A stretch of 64,000 bases of DNA from Eledone cirrhosa. Its lineage: Eukaryota. The stretch's first letter is position 1; every line of letters begins with the position of its first letter. The position numbers and the translations under genes are program-made. The notes beneath the pieces are model-generated. The model was not told the origin of the DNA. It was given only the letters and a program-made list of their open reading frames with translations, and did no database searches. Shown piece by piece: positions 1-11,899 of this stretch. The stretch is from contig OZ024763.1 of NCBI GenBank assembly GCA_964016885.1, positions 15,066,001 to 15,130,000 of the forward strand, given 5' to 3'.

Positions 1-120
1 AAGTGTGCATGTGTATGGAAGGGGTACATCAGGTGTAGTTTTGGCGTATTTCGGGAAGCACGAGTGTCTTAAAGGATGCAGTGTCTCGGCAGCTAACAAC
101 TGACGCAGGCAGTGTGTTCC
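1..120 (-). mobile_element. CR1-type LINE 3'-end fragment
   Basis: Reverse complement matches the CR1 3' region at ~31745-31865 (ggaaca..ctgc.tcagttgttagctg.cgagacactgcatccttta). Confidence 0.7.
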
Positions 121-199
121 AGATTTATCGTCTGTCTAAAAAGCACTATGGTGGCTGGACGATTAAATAGAAGTAGACCCATAGGCTCCTTCGAGTTAC

Positions 200-500
200 T
201 CGATAAAGTGCATAGCTCGGAGATCAGAGAGTCACTCCAGGTAGAGCTGCTTCTTCTCTGAATTGAGAGATCACAGCTCCGATATTATGGAGGACATGTG
301 GTTAGAATGTCTCAGGAAAGAATCGCTGAACAGATTTTACAGGTAAAAACCAACAGGCAAAAGACCCAGGGGTAGACTCCAAGCAAGATGGCTGGATAAC
401 ATGCATGAGCTTGACTGGTCACACTTGTAGTCAAGGTGGATGTACTGAAAATGTAATAGCTGGAGTTAGTACAAACAGGCTGGAGAAAAATTTAGAGAGC
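200..500 (+). pseudogene. RTE-clade LINE RT C-terminal remnant (frameshifted)
   Basis: Manual translation across frameshifts gives DKVHSSEIRESL..IERSQLRYYG/HVVRMSQERI..GKRPRGR..RWLD, the typical RTE C-terminus. Second copy at 1770-2015. Confidence 0.7.
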
Positions 501-676
501 TGACACCTCAGCTAGCAACAGAAGCTTCTTTTTCAGAGTGAACAACAGATTACATTATACTTCTTCGTTGCCCACTTATTCCTGAGAGGGTCATGGAGGC
601 AGAGTCCCCATGACTGCCTTCCAGAAGATCATATCAGAAGCAATTGTCTCCCAATTGATCTGGCATGGAAACAGCC

Positions 677-903
677 TTAATCCTTTAATGTTCAAACCGG
701 CCAAAACTGGCCAGAATTCTCTACATTTTTCTGTTGAAACTGGCTGTAACTGGTCACTCAAACTGATGTTAAGGTATTGTTCTCAAAATAAATACTTTCA
801 AAATCTCATAGATTCGATATGTGAGATAATTATGTGAGATAAAGCCTTTACCATAAAAATACAATAGTATATATATAGAGTAATGTGAATGCTAAAGGGT
901 TAA
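677..903 (+). mobile_element. piggyBac-like MITE (TTAA-flanked, CCCTTTA...TAAAGGG termini)
   Basis: ttaa-tcctttaatg ... gctaaaggg-ttaa. Homologous copies at 10889-11102, 16586-19234, 41436-41683, 42035-42253 and 57577-57797. Confidence 0.7.
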
Positions 904-1769
904 ATAGAGAAGCTATTCTCTGGCTCACCACCACCACCACCACCAGAACTACCACTGTCTCCACAACCGCCAACACTAACAACAACAAAACTACATATAA
1001 CAAAGTCTGAGGTAGACACTACTTGAGTTTCATGTGTTTTGGTTCATCCGATACCTGGTGAAACATATACAAGTGTGTGTATGTGTATGTATGTGGTGTG
1101 TGCGTGTGTTTGTGTGTTTGTGGGTGTACGTGTATACATTTCTGTACATATATGTGTAGGGGCAGAGATTGTGAGAGCTGACTGATCTGCAATCACTGAA
1201 CCTCGTAGACATGTTGACTGAAAGTTGAGAGAGGGGGTGGGGAGATGGAGAGAGGGGGCGGGGAGATGGAGAGGGGGCGGGGAGATGGAGAGGGGGCGGG
1301 GAGATGGAGAGGAGACAGACAGACAGACAGAGGCAGATATACAGACAGACAGACAAATGGAGAAAGAGTAAAGGACGGATCAAAAGGAGAGAGGGGCAGA
1401 TAGAGAGACAGATTGAGGCAGATACAGAGAAGATGAAACAAGAGAGAGAGAGAGAGAGAGAGATGGGGGGGGGAGGAAAAGTGAGAGTGGGAAGACAGAC
1501 AGGTGAGATAATCAGAAAAAGTGATAGTGGTTGTCATACATGTGGACCATAGTTAAGTCAAATCAAAGGTGGGCGTATAACAGTTAGCTGTATAATAAAT
1601 ATTAGCAAAGGTTCACGTGGTGAAACAAACAAATGGTAAACAAATACAGGAATCTACTCCCCTCTTCAGCCACCTCCTGGACATACAATTTTGTGCATTT
1701 TGATGGGGTTTGTATCAATATAAATAGGTTGTACAGTCCAGCGTTCCCTTACTTCTAGAGAACTTTCCA

Positions 1770-2015
1770 GAACATGTCTAAGAAAAAATGTCTAATGAAA
1801 GAATCGCTGGACAGATTTTAAAGGCAAAACCAAATGGCAGGAGGCCCGAGGGTAGACCCCGAACAAGATGGTTGGATAACATCCATGAGCTTGGCTGGTC
1901 TCGCTTGGGGGATCCAGCCGGGTTAATTGGAAACGGTTGCTTATGGTAGGGGCTGCTGGAGGGAATGTTTGAGGACTCTGCCCTCCCACAACCTTTCAGA
2001 GGAAGAGAAAGAAGG
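1770..2015 (+). pseudogene. RTE-clade LINE 3' remnant
   Basis: Similar to 300-480 (gaaagaatcgctg.acagatttta..ggtagac..caagatgg.tggataacat); encodes ERIA..ILKAKPNGRRP/GRPRTRWLDN. Confidence 0.65.
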
Positions 2016-2169
2016 CAAAAGAAAAAAGAAGAAAGGAAAAGAAAAAGAAAAAGAAAAACAACAACAACACTACCACCTCCTCCTCCTCAAAGTTGTCTTT
2101 CTTCAGGTGCCACAGAATTGAATAAGTCAACACAACAAAGTAACCAAACTGAATAAGCAATACAGGTGA

Positions 2170-2204
<35 letters not shown>

Positions 2205-2207
<3 letters not shown>

Positions 2208-2588
2208 AAATTAAGATAAATTAAAAAAATTTAATCTAAATCAAAATTATGGGTGTCATGCCAGAAAGACATGCGCCATATCACCCGGAAAATAAGCTCT
2301 AAGATTCTAACGAGTAGGTCCGAGCATTTTATTAACATATATATAAACATGAATAATCACAGGAGATAATTTTTACAAGTGTGTAAGCACACATAGCTAG
2401 GTAGGTAACTAAATAAAGTTGACCAGAACTTCAAAAATAGATACCTTATAATATGATTAATGATATTATTTTTGAAGTTCTGGTTAACTTTATTTAGTTA
2501 CCTACCTAGCTATGTGTGGTTACACACTTGTAAAAATTATCTCCTGTGATTATCATGTTTATTTATATGTTAATCAATTTCTAGTTAT
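2205..2588 (-). mobile_element. Fold-back short element between (TA)n tracts (Penelope-like end)
   Basis: ~2331-2439 is inverted at ~2468-2574 with a few mismatches. The same family occurs at 37436-37728 with a different fold point. Confidence 0.6.
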
Positions 2589-2604
2589 TATATATATATA
2601 TATA

Positions 2605-3012
2605 TCATCATCATCATCATCAACGTTTAACGTCCGTGTTCCACGCTTGCATGGGTTTGGACGGGGGTAGTCCCACTTGAGGCAAGAGTGATTGTCTTGC
2701 TCGCATAGGACTGTCTGGCAGGTTTTCTACAGTTGGATGCCCTTCCTAACACCAACCACATTTACAGTGTGGGTCTGGGAGGTTTTTACCGTGTTGCCTA
2801 CACGGCCACATTACAGCGTGGACTGTGTGTTTTTTTGTCGTGACACCTACACGATCTCATTTGTTTCGGCCTGGATGGCGCGGCACCAACATAACTTTAC
2901 ATAGAACGGGGTGGTGTGGATGGGGTGGGGGTGGTGGCGGGACGGGGTGTAGTTTGTTAGAGATGCCTACTGGCAAGGCGGGTCTTCTCTGTTACTGAGT
3001 ACCGCCAAAGGT
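2605..3012 (-). mobile_element. RTE-tailed SINE-like element ending in (ATG)n
   Basis: Near-identical inverted copy at 52782-53205 (identical 70-aa spurious ORF in the track); the (cat)n tail abuts (TA)n. Confidence 0.75.
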
Positions 3013-3239
3013 ACATATATATATGTGTGTGTGTGTGTATGTATGTATATACGATGTACAAAAATGTCTCAGTGACTTGTGAAAAGACAAGGCAATATAT
3101 GTAATGTTTAATACAAGAAAATATAGGAAATTTTGTCCGAGAACAACAGACCAAATATCTGGAGAGCTGTGGAAAGCAGCTATCTAAAGAAAGACCAGAC
3201 AAGAAACCTCCAATAAGGTACAACCTCATATGAGGCCAG

Positions 3240-3436
3240 CAGACCTGTCAACTCTCCCCATCCGACGGGGAGATCTCTCACCCACTTTGGGGTGGGTGAG
3301 AGATGTCTTCTCTTGTGAAAATTGGTACAGCTTTCATTATGTAAAATCTCCCCCATTTTGCCTCATTTCTCCCTATTTTTGGAGCACTTCTTTTCATGGT
3401 CCTCCCCGTTTGGGTTTTTAGAGGTTGGCAGGTCTG
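3240..3436 (+). mobile_element. MITE with CAGACCTG(T/C)CAAC TIRs and 6-bp TSD (hAT-like)
   Basis: TIRs cagacctgtcaac / gttggcaggtctg, flanked by ggccag on both sides. Relative at 24341-24517. Confidence 0.7.
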
Positions 3437-3504
3437 GGCCAGCTAGAACTGTATAGGTATGATCTGTAACAACAACTTACACATGGGAATATGTGTGAGG
3501 GTGA

Positions 3505-3800
3505 ATGTATGTGACCTAGTGGTTAGGGTGTTGAACTTACTTTCATAATCAACTTGTGGGGTTGATTTCTGGACTGGGTTGTGTGTTGTGTTCTTCAGCA
3601 AAACACTTCATTTCATGTTACTCCAGTACACTCAGCTGGAAATGCTACCAGCATTAGCTGGGAGTTTAACCCTGTGATGGACTGGAGTCCTATCGGGGGG
3701 GGGGGGGGGGGGGGGGCTTTCTACTCTCTCACTTAGCGCAAAGGAAACTGGGATAAGCACTGGCTTGATGACCTTCTAAGCTTAGGGAAGAGTTTAGATG
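3505..3800 (+). mobile_element. tRNA-derived CORE-like SINE (diverged)
   Basis: A-box-like gacctagtggttagg, then ttcttcagcaaaacacttcatttca. Homologous to 10630-10890 and 35386-35530. Confidence 0.6.
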
Positions 3801-5044
3801 TTTAGTCTTATATATTATATATATATTTGATAAGAATAGGGTCTCCTGTCATTAAAACATTCAAGAAACCTATGAGACACAACCACATAGGAGTGCAGCT
3901 GAACTTACAGAGGTGTGAGCTGTATGTTTAATATTTTTGTTTTCATATATCGCTATGTATACACACACACATATCTAGAGAGACAGGGCAGAGAGAGAGA
4001 AAGAGAGAGAAAGAGAGAGCGAGAGAGAGAAAGAGAGAGCGAGAGAGAGAAAGAGAGTGAGGAGAGAGAGAGTGAGGAGAGAGAGGTAGGGAGAAAGAGA
4101 GAGAGATGGTGTGAAAGAGGTAGGGAGAAAGAGAGAGAGATGGTGTGAAAGAGGTGTGGAGAGGGACAGTGGTAGAGAGAAGGGAGAGGGAATAGATAGA
4201 TAGTGAAAGAGAGATGACTAAAGAGAGAGAGTGGTAGAAGAGAGAGGAGGGAGGGAATAGATAGACAGATAGTGTGAAAGAGAGGCAGAGAGAAAGGCAG
4301 ACAGTGGTAGAGAGAGGGAGGGAGGGAATAGATAGTATGAAAGAGAGAGTGAGAGAGAAAAGCAGACAGTGGTAGAGAGAGAAAGGCAGACAGTGGTAGA
4401 GAGAGGAAGGGAATAGATAGATAGATAGTATGAAAGAGAGGGGGTGAGAGTTTATCAGTGTTGTTATTATTAACAAACCAATTCTTAATTAAGTGATTAA
4501 TATAACGAGATTACAGCTGGACTGACAGGATTAATAGTTAATCTAATTAGTTTAAGCTTTGTTTGGTTAATTATTTAATTAGAAGGTAGCGAGACTGATG
4601 TTGTTGTTGGGCCCTTGGTCAACCCACATAGGGCAGATCTCTGGCCAGTGATGTACAGAGGTTTTGTGATGCCCTGAGCCAACTTCTTGATTGCATGCCC
4701 TGAAAATTCAAGTATAGGGCCCGTTTGATCTGGTCAGGAGACAGGCGTAGGGCTGGAGATAGATTTTAGAAGGGCACTGCGCTAAGTAGCCTTATTAAAT
4801 AGAGAACCTGCATAGCACATTGGCTCAATGCTCCCACCACCTGCCCTGATATGGGGCCCTAGGGCTATCACATCCTCTGCACCCTCTTCTTTCAGTTTAA
4901 GTTGAAAGGAGGTGATATGAGGAGGGAGATTTGGCTGCTATTACATCCTGCTTACGTACGGTCATATATATTCTATTGAGTGCAAAAGAGAAGTTGTAGT
5001 GTCTGTTGCCAGGAACCGAATGGTCCTTCCAATCCCTTGTTGGG

Positions 5045-5445
5045 CAAGCTTTCTATGGCCAGATGCCCTTCCTAACACCAACCACTTTACAGCATTTACT
5101 GGGTGTTTTTATTATGTAAATCAGATCACCAACACGAGAGAGGTTGCCATGTGCTTGACACAACTGAAGGGTCCTCTAAACCCTTTGTTCAACAAACTTT
5201 CTATGGCCAGATGCCCTTCCTAACACCAACCACTTTACAGCATGTACTGGGTATTTTTATTATGTAGATCAGATCACCAACACGAGAGAGGTTGCCATGT
5301 GCTTGACACAACTGAAGGGTCCTCTCAACCCTTTGTTCAACAAACTTTCTATGGCCAGATGCCCTTCCTAACACCAACCACTTTACAGCATGTACTGGGT
5401 GTTTTTATTATGTAGATCAGATCACCAACACGAGAGAGGTTGTTA
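5045..5445. repeat. 148-bp tandem repeat (~2.7 copies) derived from a SINE tail
   Basis: ctatggccagatgcccttcctaacaccaacc recurs at 5053, 5201 and 5349. Confidence 0.8.
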
Positions 5446-5874
5446 TTTTCTGAACAATTTTCTTATTATTTTCAAAATTATATTTACCTAAAAACCTTCC
5501 ATCAAAATTTAAAATAAGAGCCTTTGTTAAGTTATGTTCCAAACACCAAATTAATAATGTGAAAGTTATTTACTAAATTCCATCAAATTCTTGATTATTT
5601 TCAAAATTATTTATATTTATCTAAAAACTTTCTATCAAAACCTTTGTTAAGTTATGTTCCAAACACCAAATTGATAATGAGAAAGTTATTTAACCAGCAA
5701 ATTCTTGATTATTTTCAAAATTATTTGCAAACCATAGACAGTGCCTTTCATTAGAAATATGGTAATAAAAGGGTTAAAACAGGCAGGGGAAGAAAAGGGG
5801 GGCAGAGGAGTGCAGGATGAGGGGAGGAAAAAGGGAGCTGTGATATGTTCACAACATAAAAAACAGAGAGACTA

Positions 5875-5953
5875 TATGTATGTTTGTTATACATAAAAAT
5901 AATGTATATATGCCCATATGTATATATTTAAGTATTATGCACACATCTATGTA

Positions 5954-6035
<82 letters not shown>

Positions 6036-6734
6036 CATATCTATGTATGTGTATATATATATATATATACATACATGTATATATGTGTGTATGCATGTGT
6101 GTTTCTATGTCAGTATGTGGGTATGAATATGTGCCTATATACGTAGATAGGGAGATATATAAGTAGGCTAATAACTATGTGTATGTATGTATGTATGTAT
6201 GAAGTTATATATGTGTGTATGGATGTATGTATATATTTATGTATGTATATATATATATGCATATATTTATGTATGTATATATGTATGTATGTGTATGCAT
6301 ATATTTATGTATGTATATATGTATGTATATATGTATGTTCAGTGCATCGGTAGGGGTTCTCCTACATGGATATAAAGTAGTGGCCGTACTCGAAAACGAG
6401 TTGGCAGCCACCATATATGTATGTATGTGTATGTATATATTTATGTATGTATATATGTATGTATGTGTATGCATATATTTATGTATGTATATATGTATGT
6501 ATATATGTATGTATGTGTATGCATATATTTATGTATGTATATATGTATGTATATATGTATGTATGTGTATGCATATATTTATGTATGCATGTAGGTAAGT
6601 AGATAATTATATATGTAGGAATTTATGTATGTGCATGTATATGTAGGCAATTATGTACATACATATGTATGTATGTATGTAGGTAGGCATGTATGTATGT
6701 GTGTACATATGTATGTATGTATGTATGTGTGTAC

Positions 6735-6765
<31 letters not shown>

Positions 6766-7203
6766 TGTGCGTATGTAGGTAGGTAGGTGCTATATATGTA
6801 GGCATGTATGTATGTCTGTACATATGTATGTATGTATGTAGGTAGGTAGGCATGTATGTATGTGTGTACATATGTATGTATGTATGTATGTATGTAGGTA
6901 GGTACTATATATGTAGGCATGTATGTATGTGTGTACATATGTATGTATATATGTAGGTAGGTAGGTGCTATATATGTAGGCATGTATGTATGTCTACATA
7001 TGTATGTATGTATGTAGGTAGGTAGGCATGTATGTATGTGTGTACATATGTATGTATGTATGTAGGTAGGTAGGTGCTATATATGTAGGCATGTATGTGT
7101 GTACATATGTATGTATGTATGTATGTATGTGTGTACGTATGTATGTATGTATGTATGTAGGTAGGGAGGTGCTATATATGTAGGCATGTATGTATGTGTG
7201 TAC

Positions 7204-7234
<31 letters not shown>

Positions 7235-7370
7235 TGTAGGTAGGTGCTATATAGGTAGGTGCTATATATGTAGGCATGTATGTATGTGTGTACATATGTA
7301 TGTATGTATGTATGTAGGTAGGTGCTATATATGTAGGCATGTATGTGTGTACATATGTATGTATGTATGA
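5875..7370. repeat. (TA)n/(TATG)n/(TAGG)n compound microsatellite field with an embedded ~80-bp element end (6337-6415)
   Basis: Direct inspection. The island recurs inverted at 36062-36165 and 59828-59940. Confidence 0.85.
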
Positions 7371-7942
7371 GAACCATTTCATCTGTTCTGTGGTGTGATG
7401 TGACGTAAATTATATCGTTGAGTGGCTTCAAGTGGAAAGAGTTAAAGAGTTGAGTGCAAATAAAACAAAGGTATGAGGGGGGGGGGATACACGCATCTGC
7501 AACAAATTACAGGTCAAGGGAGATAACTAGGCACATCTTTAAATTGGGATAGATGGAGAGGGTTTAAATAAATAAAGAAGTTGTTTATATTAGTTGAGTG
7601 ACGCTTTAGAAAAAGGAGGAGGCGGGTATTTCAACTTCTGTAAGAAATTACAGGTTAAGGGAGATAACTAAGGATAGCTAAGTGGGGATTGGTGGAGATT
7701 TTATACTAAACCAGCTGGCCCCGTGCGGTCAAAATTAACGGCTACTTGTAATATCTACACATGATATATAAAAGATGTTCGTCGTTGGTTGGTTCCTTCG
7801 CACTCACTCACACAAGTGATAAAAAACATACAAACACACATACAAACATAGCTGTGACGAATCTTAGAACGCTGGACTTCTATAGTCTTAGTCTCTTGTC
7901 CACCCCTCCTTCCTCAGTCATCACATAGATCTCTGTGTGTGT

Positions 7943-8010
<68 letters not shown>

Positions 8011-8277
8011 AATAATTATTTTTTCTAAGTGTGTCTCTTTATATATATGTATGTGTAGATTCGTGTGTGTTTGTAATTCTATTGTCTATGTAACTTTCTA
8101 AATAAACACACAAATATTGTATATAAATATAATTTACACAAACATATATATATATATATACACACACAAACGCACACATAATCATAACAGCCAATGTGTG
8201 TAGCCAATTCGCTATACATATATACACACAGGTGTAGCGAATATTAGACGCTGCCATCCATCTTTTCTCAAAGTGTC

Positions 8278-8745
8278 GCTGCAAGTGCAATGCCAGACGA
8301 GGGGGTTTGCCACCGCCGAACGGGAAGATGGTCATACCGCCTGGCCTTTTGCCATCCCTTCGGTCCAGCCCCACTGACTCGAGCTGGGAAGGGAAGCCTG
8401 CAGCGTCCAAGCCATTCTTAATGACCTCGTTGAGGGCAGCATGGCGTGGAAGGCGGCCGGCACTGTGGCGACAGGAAAGCGGGTGGAGTCCGAAAGAGTC
8501 CACGGTGGATCCACAGCGATATTTATGTGGCTCGCAGGTCCGGAGTCCAAGCCTCAAGGAAACGCCGATGCGCAGGCTATCGTTATCCAGCTGCGTGCCA
8601 GTGGAGAAGGAGGGCAAGGCATGGAGCCAGGCACCACTGTGGGGTTTGGAGGCCACGCGAAAACAGGCAAAGCGGTGCTGGTCGAGCTGGCGCGTGAGCC
8701 TGTCTGAGACCAGGCTGCACTGGATTGCATCCCAGGGCGTATGGA
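8278..8745 (-). pseudogene. CRE-like (RLE-type) non-LTR retrotransposon fragment
   Basis: ORF 8039-8656 contains HSGAWLHALP...LRLGL..CEPHKYRCG..DSFGLHPLSC..RHAALN..KRP(G)G. Similar at nucleotide level to 22735-23145. Confidence 0.85.
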
Positions 8746-8754
8746 CAAATATAC

Positions 8755-8897
8755 ATTGGCTTTACGGCCCTTTACGTTCCGAGTTCAAATCCCACCGAGG
8801 TTAACTTTATTTTATCTACCCCGTAAGGATAAAAGACAAAGTACCAGTAATGCACTGGGATAATTGCTGGCCTTGTGCCCAAAGTAGAAACAATTAT
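8755..8897 (+). mobile_element. tRNA-derived SINE (Nin/Deu-like domain family), partial
   Basis: B box gagttcaaatccc and 3' aagtaccagtaatgcactggg..ggccttgtgccc..gtagaaacaatta, shared with 31994-32185. Confidence 0.65.
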
Positions 8898-9182
8898 ATT
8901 ATTGACAGTTAAGAGAGTTTTAAAAAGTTGAGTGAAGCTTTAGAACGAGGCGGAAGGGAATATTTTAACGTCTGTGAGGAATGACAGGTAAAGGGAGATA
9001 ACTAAGCACAACTATGTAGAGATTGGCGGAGGAAGTTTAAATTATGAGGTAGGAGTTCAAAAAGGTTGAGAGAGAGATTAGAAAGAAGACTGGAAGTGGG
9101 AGATTTAACATCTGTGAAAAATTACAGGTAAAGGGAGTGGGGGCAGGTGAAGAGAGTTAAAGAACTGAGTGAGAATTTAAAG

Positions 9183-9781
9183 TACTCTCGGGTCCCAAAT
9201 AATAGGGGGGGGGGTGAATAACCTGAGAAAGGTTTGGAAAACCGGTAATTTTTCTAGGTTGTCTCCGTTGAATTTTTTCAAAACCCGAATTAGTCGTTTA
9301 GTTTACATATTGATATCCCAACTCATCCTATTTATTTTATAACATATAGGATTTCCAGAAATGCGCGTTTTTAGTCATGTATTTTTTTTTTTAAATCGAT
9401 CGACTTTCGTCAAATCGGACCGAGGAAACAATGTTTCCATCGGTCTTTCCAGTTGCTAGCACTATCTATCGGTCGCAACTCCAGGTAGAAGGAGCAACGT
9501 GAAATAAAATGTCTTGCTCAAGGACATAACGCATCGACCGGTCCAGGACTCGAACCCACAACCTCAAGATTGTGAATCCAATTCTCTAACCACTCAGCCA
9601 CACGTCATGTATAATGTTTGTTAATATATAAAGAAAATTAATTGTAGCAGGAATGCTACTACTTAAAATAAAATTTCGTCGGAGATAGATTAGCAAAATT
9701 TAATAAAGCAGGTGGGGGTGGAAAAAAAAATCTGAAAAATTAATAAGCAAATAGTGGGTACGATTATTCGAGACTGGAGAG
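9183..9781. mobile_element. MITE with TACTCTC..AATAAT TIRs, containing a nested minus-strand SINE (9480-9605)
   Basis: tactctcgggtcccaaataat versus attattcgagactggagagt form imperfect inverted termini. Confidence 0.5.
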
Positions 9782-9989
9782 TGATTGAGTTGAAGGAAGG
9801 TTGAACATCTGTGAAAAATTACAGGTGAAGGTAAATAACTGGACAGAGTTGGTTGATGGTAATTTCTTCCTAAGTTTTATCATATTACATATAACTTACA
9901 CACAGACAGACCAATATTAGTACAGCGTCTGAGAATGGTGGTGGTACTGGTGAGGGAGGGGGGGTCGTTATTTTATTTTACAGACCCAT

Positions 9990-10448
9990 TACGAAAGGCC
10001 GGTTATATGATGGTTGTGTGAGGAGCGCGGTGCTGAATGGTAGTGAGACTTGGGCAGCAACTGCAGAGGATATGCGATGGCTGGAGAGAAATGAGGCAAG
10101 CATGCTCCGTTGGATGTGCAGTGTCAATGTGCGTGAACGACCCAGCATGGATGTGTTGAGAGGGAAACTGTGTCTGAGAGGGATAGAATGTAGTGTGCGA
10201 GAGAGGAGACTGAGGTGGTATGGACATGTGATGCGCATGGAGGATGACCGATGGGTGAAGAAGTGTCAGTTGAAGGAAGACGTGGTAGAGGTAGACCACG
10301 AAAAACATGGGCGGAGGTGGTGAGAGCGGACCTCAGATCGTTGGTGGAGATGACGAAGGACCGTGACAAGTGGAGAGATGCTGTGCTGAATAAGACCCGT
10401 CCCACTCTTGCAAGCAGGGAAAAGCGGACATAAAATGATGATTATGAT
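9990..10448 (+). pseudogene. RTE LINE 3' fragment (same family as 13913-15883)
   Basis: RSAVLNGSETWAATAEDMR...RLRWYGHVMRM; 3' end cccactcttgcaagcagggaaaagcgg..taaaatgatg. Confidence 0.9.
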
Positions 10449-10629
10449 TTCAGTATAGAGTGAAGATATGTTGCCTGTGGTAAGGGCGTTGGACTTACCT
10501 TCATTATAAGCATTATATTACATATACTTACACACAGACAGACCAATATTATTAATACAGTGGTTCAGAATTGTGGTGGTGAGGGTATTTTATTTTACAG
10601 ACCTCAGAATATCTATTTCAGCATATAGT

Positions 10630-11102
10630 GACAGCATGTGGCCTAGTGGTAAGGGTATTAAACTTATGTATTAAACTGGATCGTGTGTTGTTTTTGAGCA
10701 AAACCCTTCATTTTATGTTGCTCCAGTCCACTCAGCTCAAAATGAGTACCAGTAATAACTGGAGGGTTTAACCCTGCAATGGACTGGCATCCTGTCCAGG
10801 ATGGAGGGAGTCTTGAACTCTCAGTTGCTTCATGCCAAAGAAACCAGGATAAGCACTGGTCTGATGAACATCCAGGCCTGAGACTGACTTTAACCCTTTA
10901 GCAATCACATCACTCTATATATATTATTGAATGTTTGCGGTAAAAGCTTTATCTTACATAATATCTCACATAATATTGAATCTATGAGATTTTGAGAACA
11001 ATATCTTAATATATGTATGAGTGGCTGGTTACAGCAGGTTTGAACAGAAAGAGGTGAGAGAATTCTGGCTGGATATGGCCGGTTTAAATGCTAAAGGGTT
11101 AA
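10630..11102. mobile_element. tRNA/CORE-like SINE (10630-10890) followed by piggyBac-like MITE (10889-11102)
   Basis: gtggcctagtggtaagg..tttgagcaaaaccc; ttaaccctttagca..tgctaaagggttaa. Confidence 0.7.
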
Positions 11103-11899
11103 CCCTGCAATGGACTAGCATCCTGTCCAAGGGGTGGATGTCATGGAAACTGGGATAAGTAATGGTCTGAAAAGCCTCCTGGCTTGAGACAGACTTTAGA
11201 ATTAGACATTTCAGTATTTCACAGGGTGTAATAGTAATATTGTTTATTTTTTTAATTTTCAGTGAAGTTAGTTGATAGATTTGGTTAGGATTTTCAATGT
11301 GAAATTTATGTTTTTCTTATAATCTTTGATGTCTTTTGAACAAATATATCTTGGAAAATGGTTGTAAATTACTTGTTTCTGTGGTTCCTTTACCTGCAAA
11401 CTCCTTGGAGAAGAATGTAATAATTGTTTCTACTTTTGGTATAAGGCCAGCATTTTGAAGGGAAGGGGAAAGTCGATTAAATCAACGCAAGTGCGCCTTT
11501 TATCATGGCACTAAAATGACCACATTTTGGTATGACACCTACACAACCACTTTATGTTACCTTCATCTTACAGTCCATTTTGCATTGTTTAGCCTTTTAT
11601 CCCTTTCCATATCATATATTATATACAATGTTTCAAGCAAACTACCTTTTATTAACCTTTTATATTTTGTCAACTCTAATATATCACAGGTTTTATATTT
11701 CATTGAGCCTGGAAGGGTGACAAGCTAAGTTGAATCTTGGTAAAGTTTATTGGTTGATGATTAAACAAGGGTAGGAAACCACACGTTATGACAGGATACA
11801 GTTGTTACATTAACTGAACCTCCTCCATCCCTCAATATTTTACTGGTACTTCATTTTTTAGACATTCCATTTACTCTAAGGAGAGGTGAGTTTCAGGTA

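Noticed and set aside
1015-1235. Small minus-strand exons after acceptor-like sites (ends near 1220 and 1055)
   Set aside because: Acceptors are plausible, but there is no clear donor or recognisable peptide.
10858-10890. CTGATGA in a SINE tail (also at 13813 and 48745)
   Set aside because: No helix II-GAAA context.
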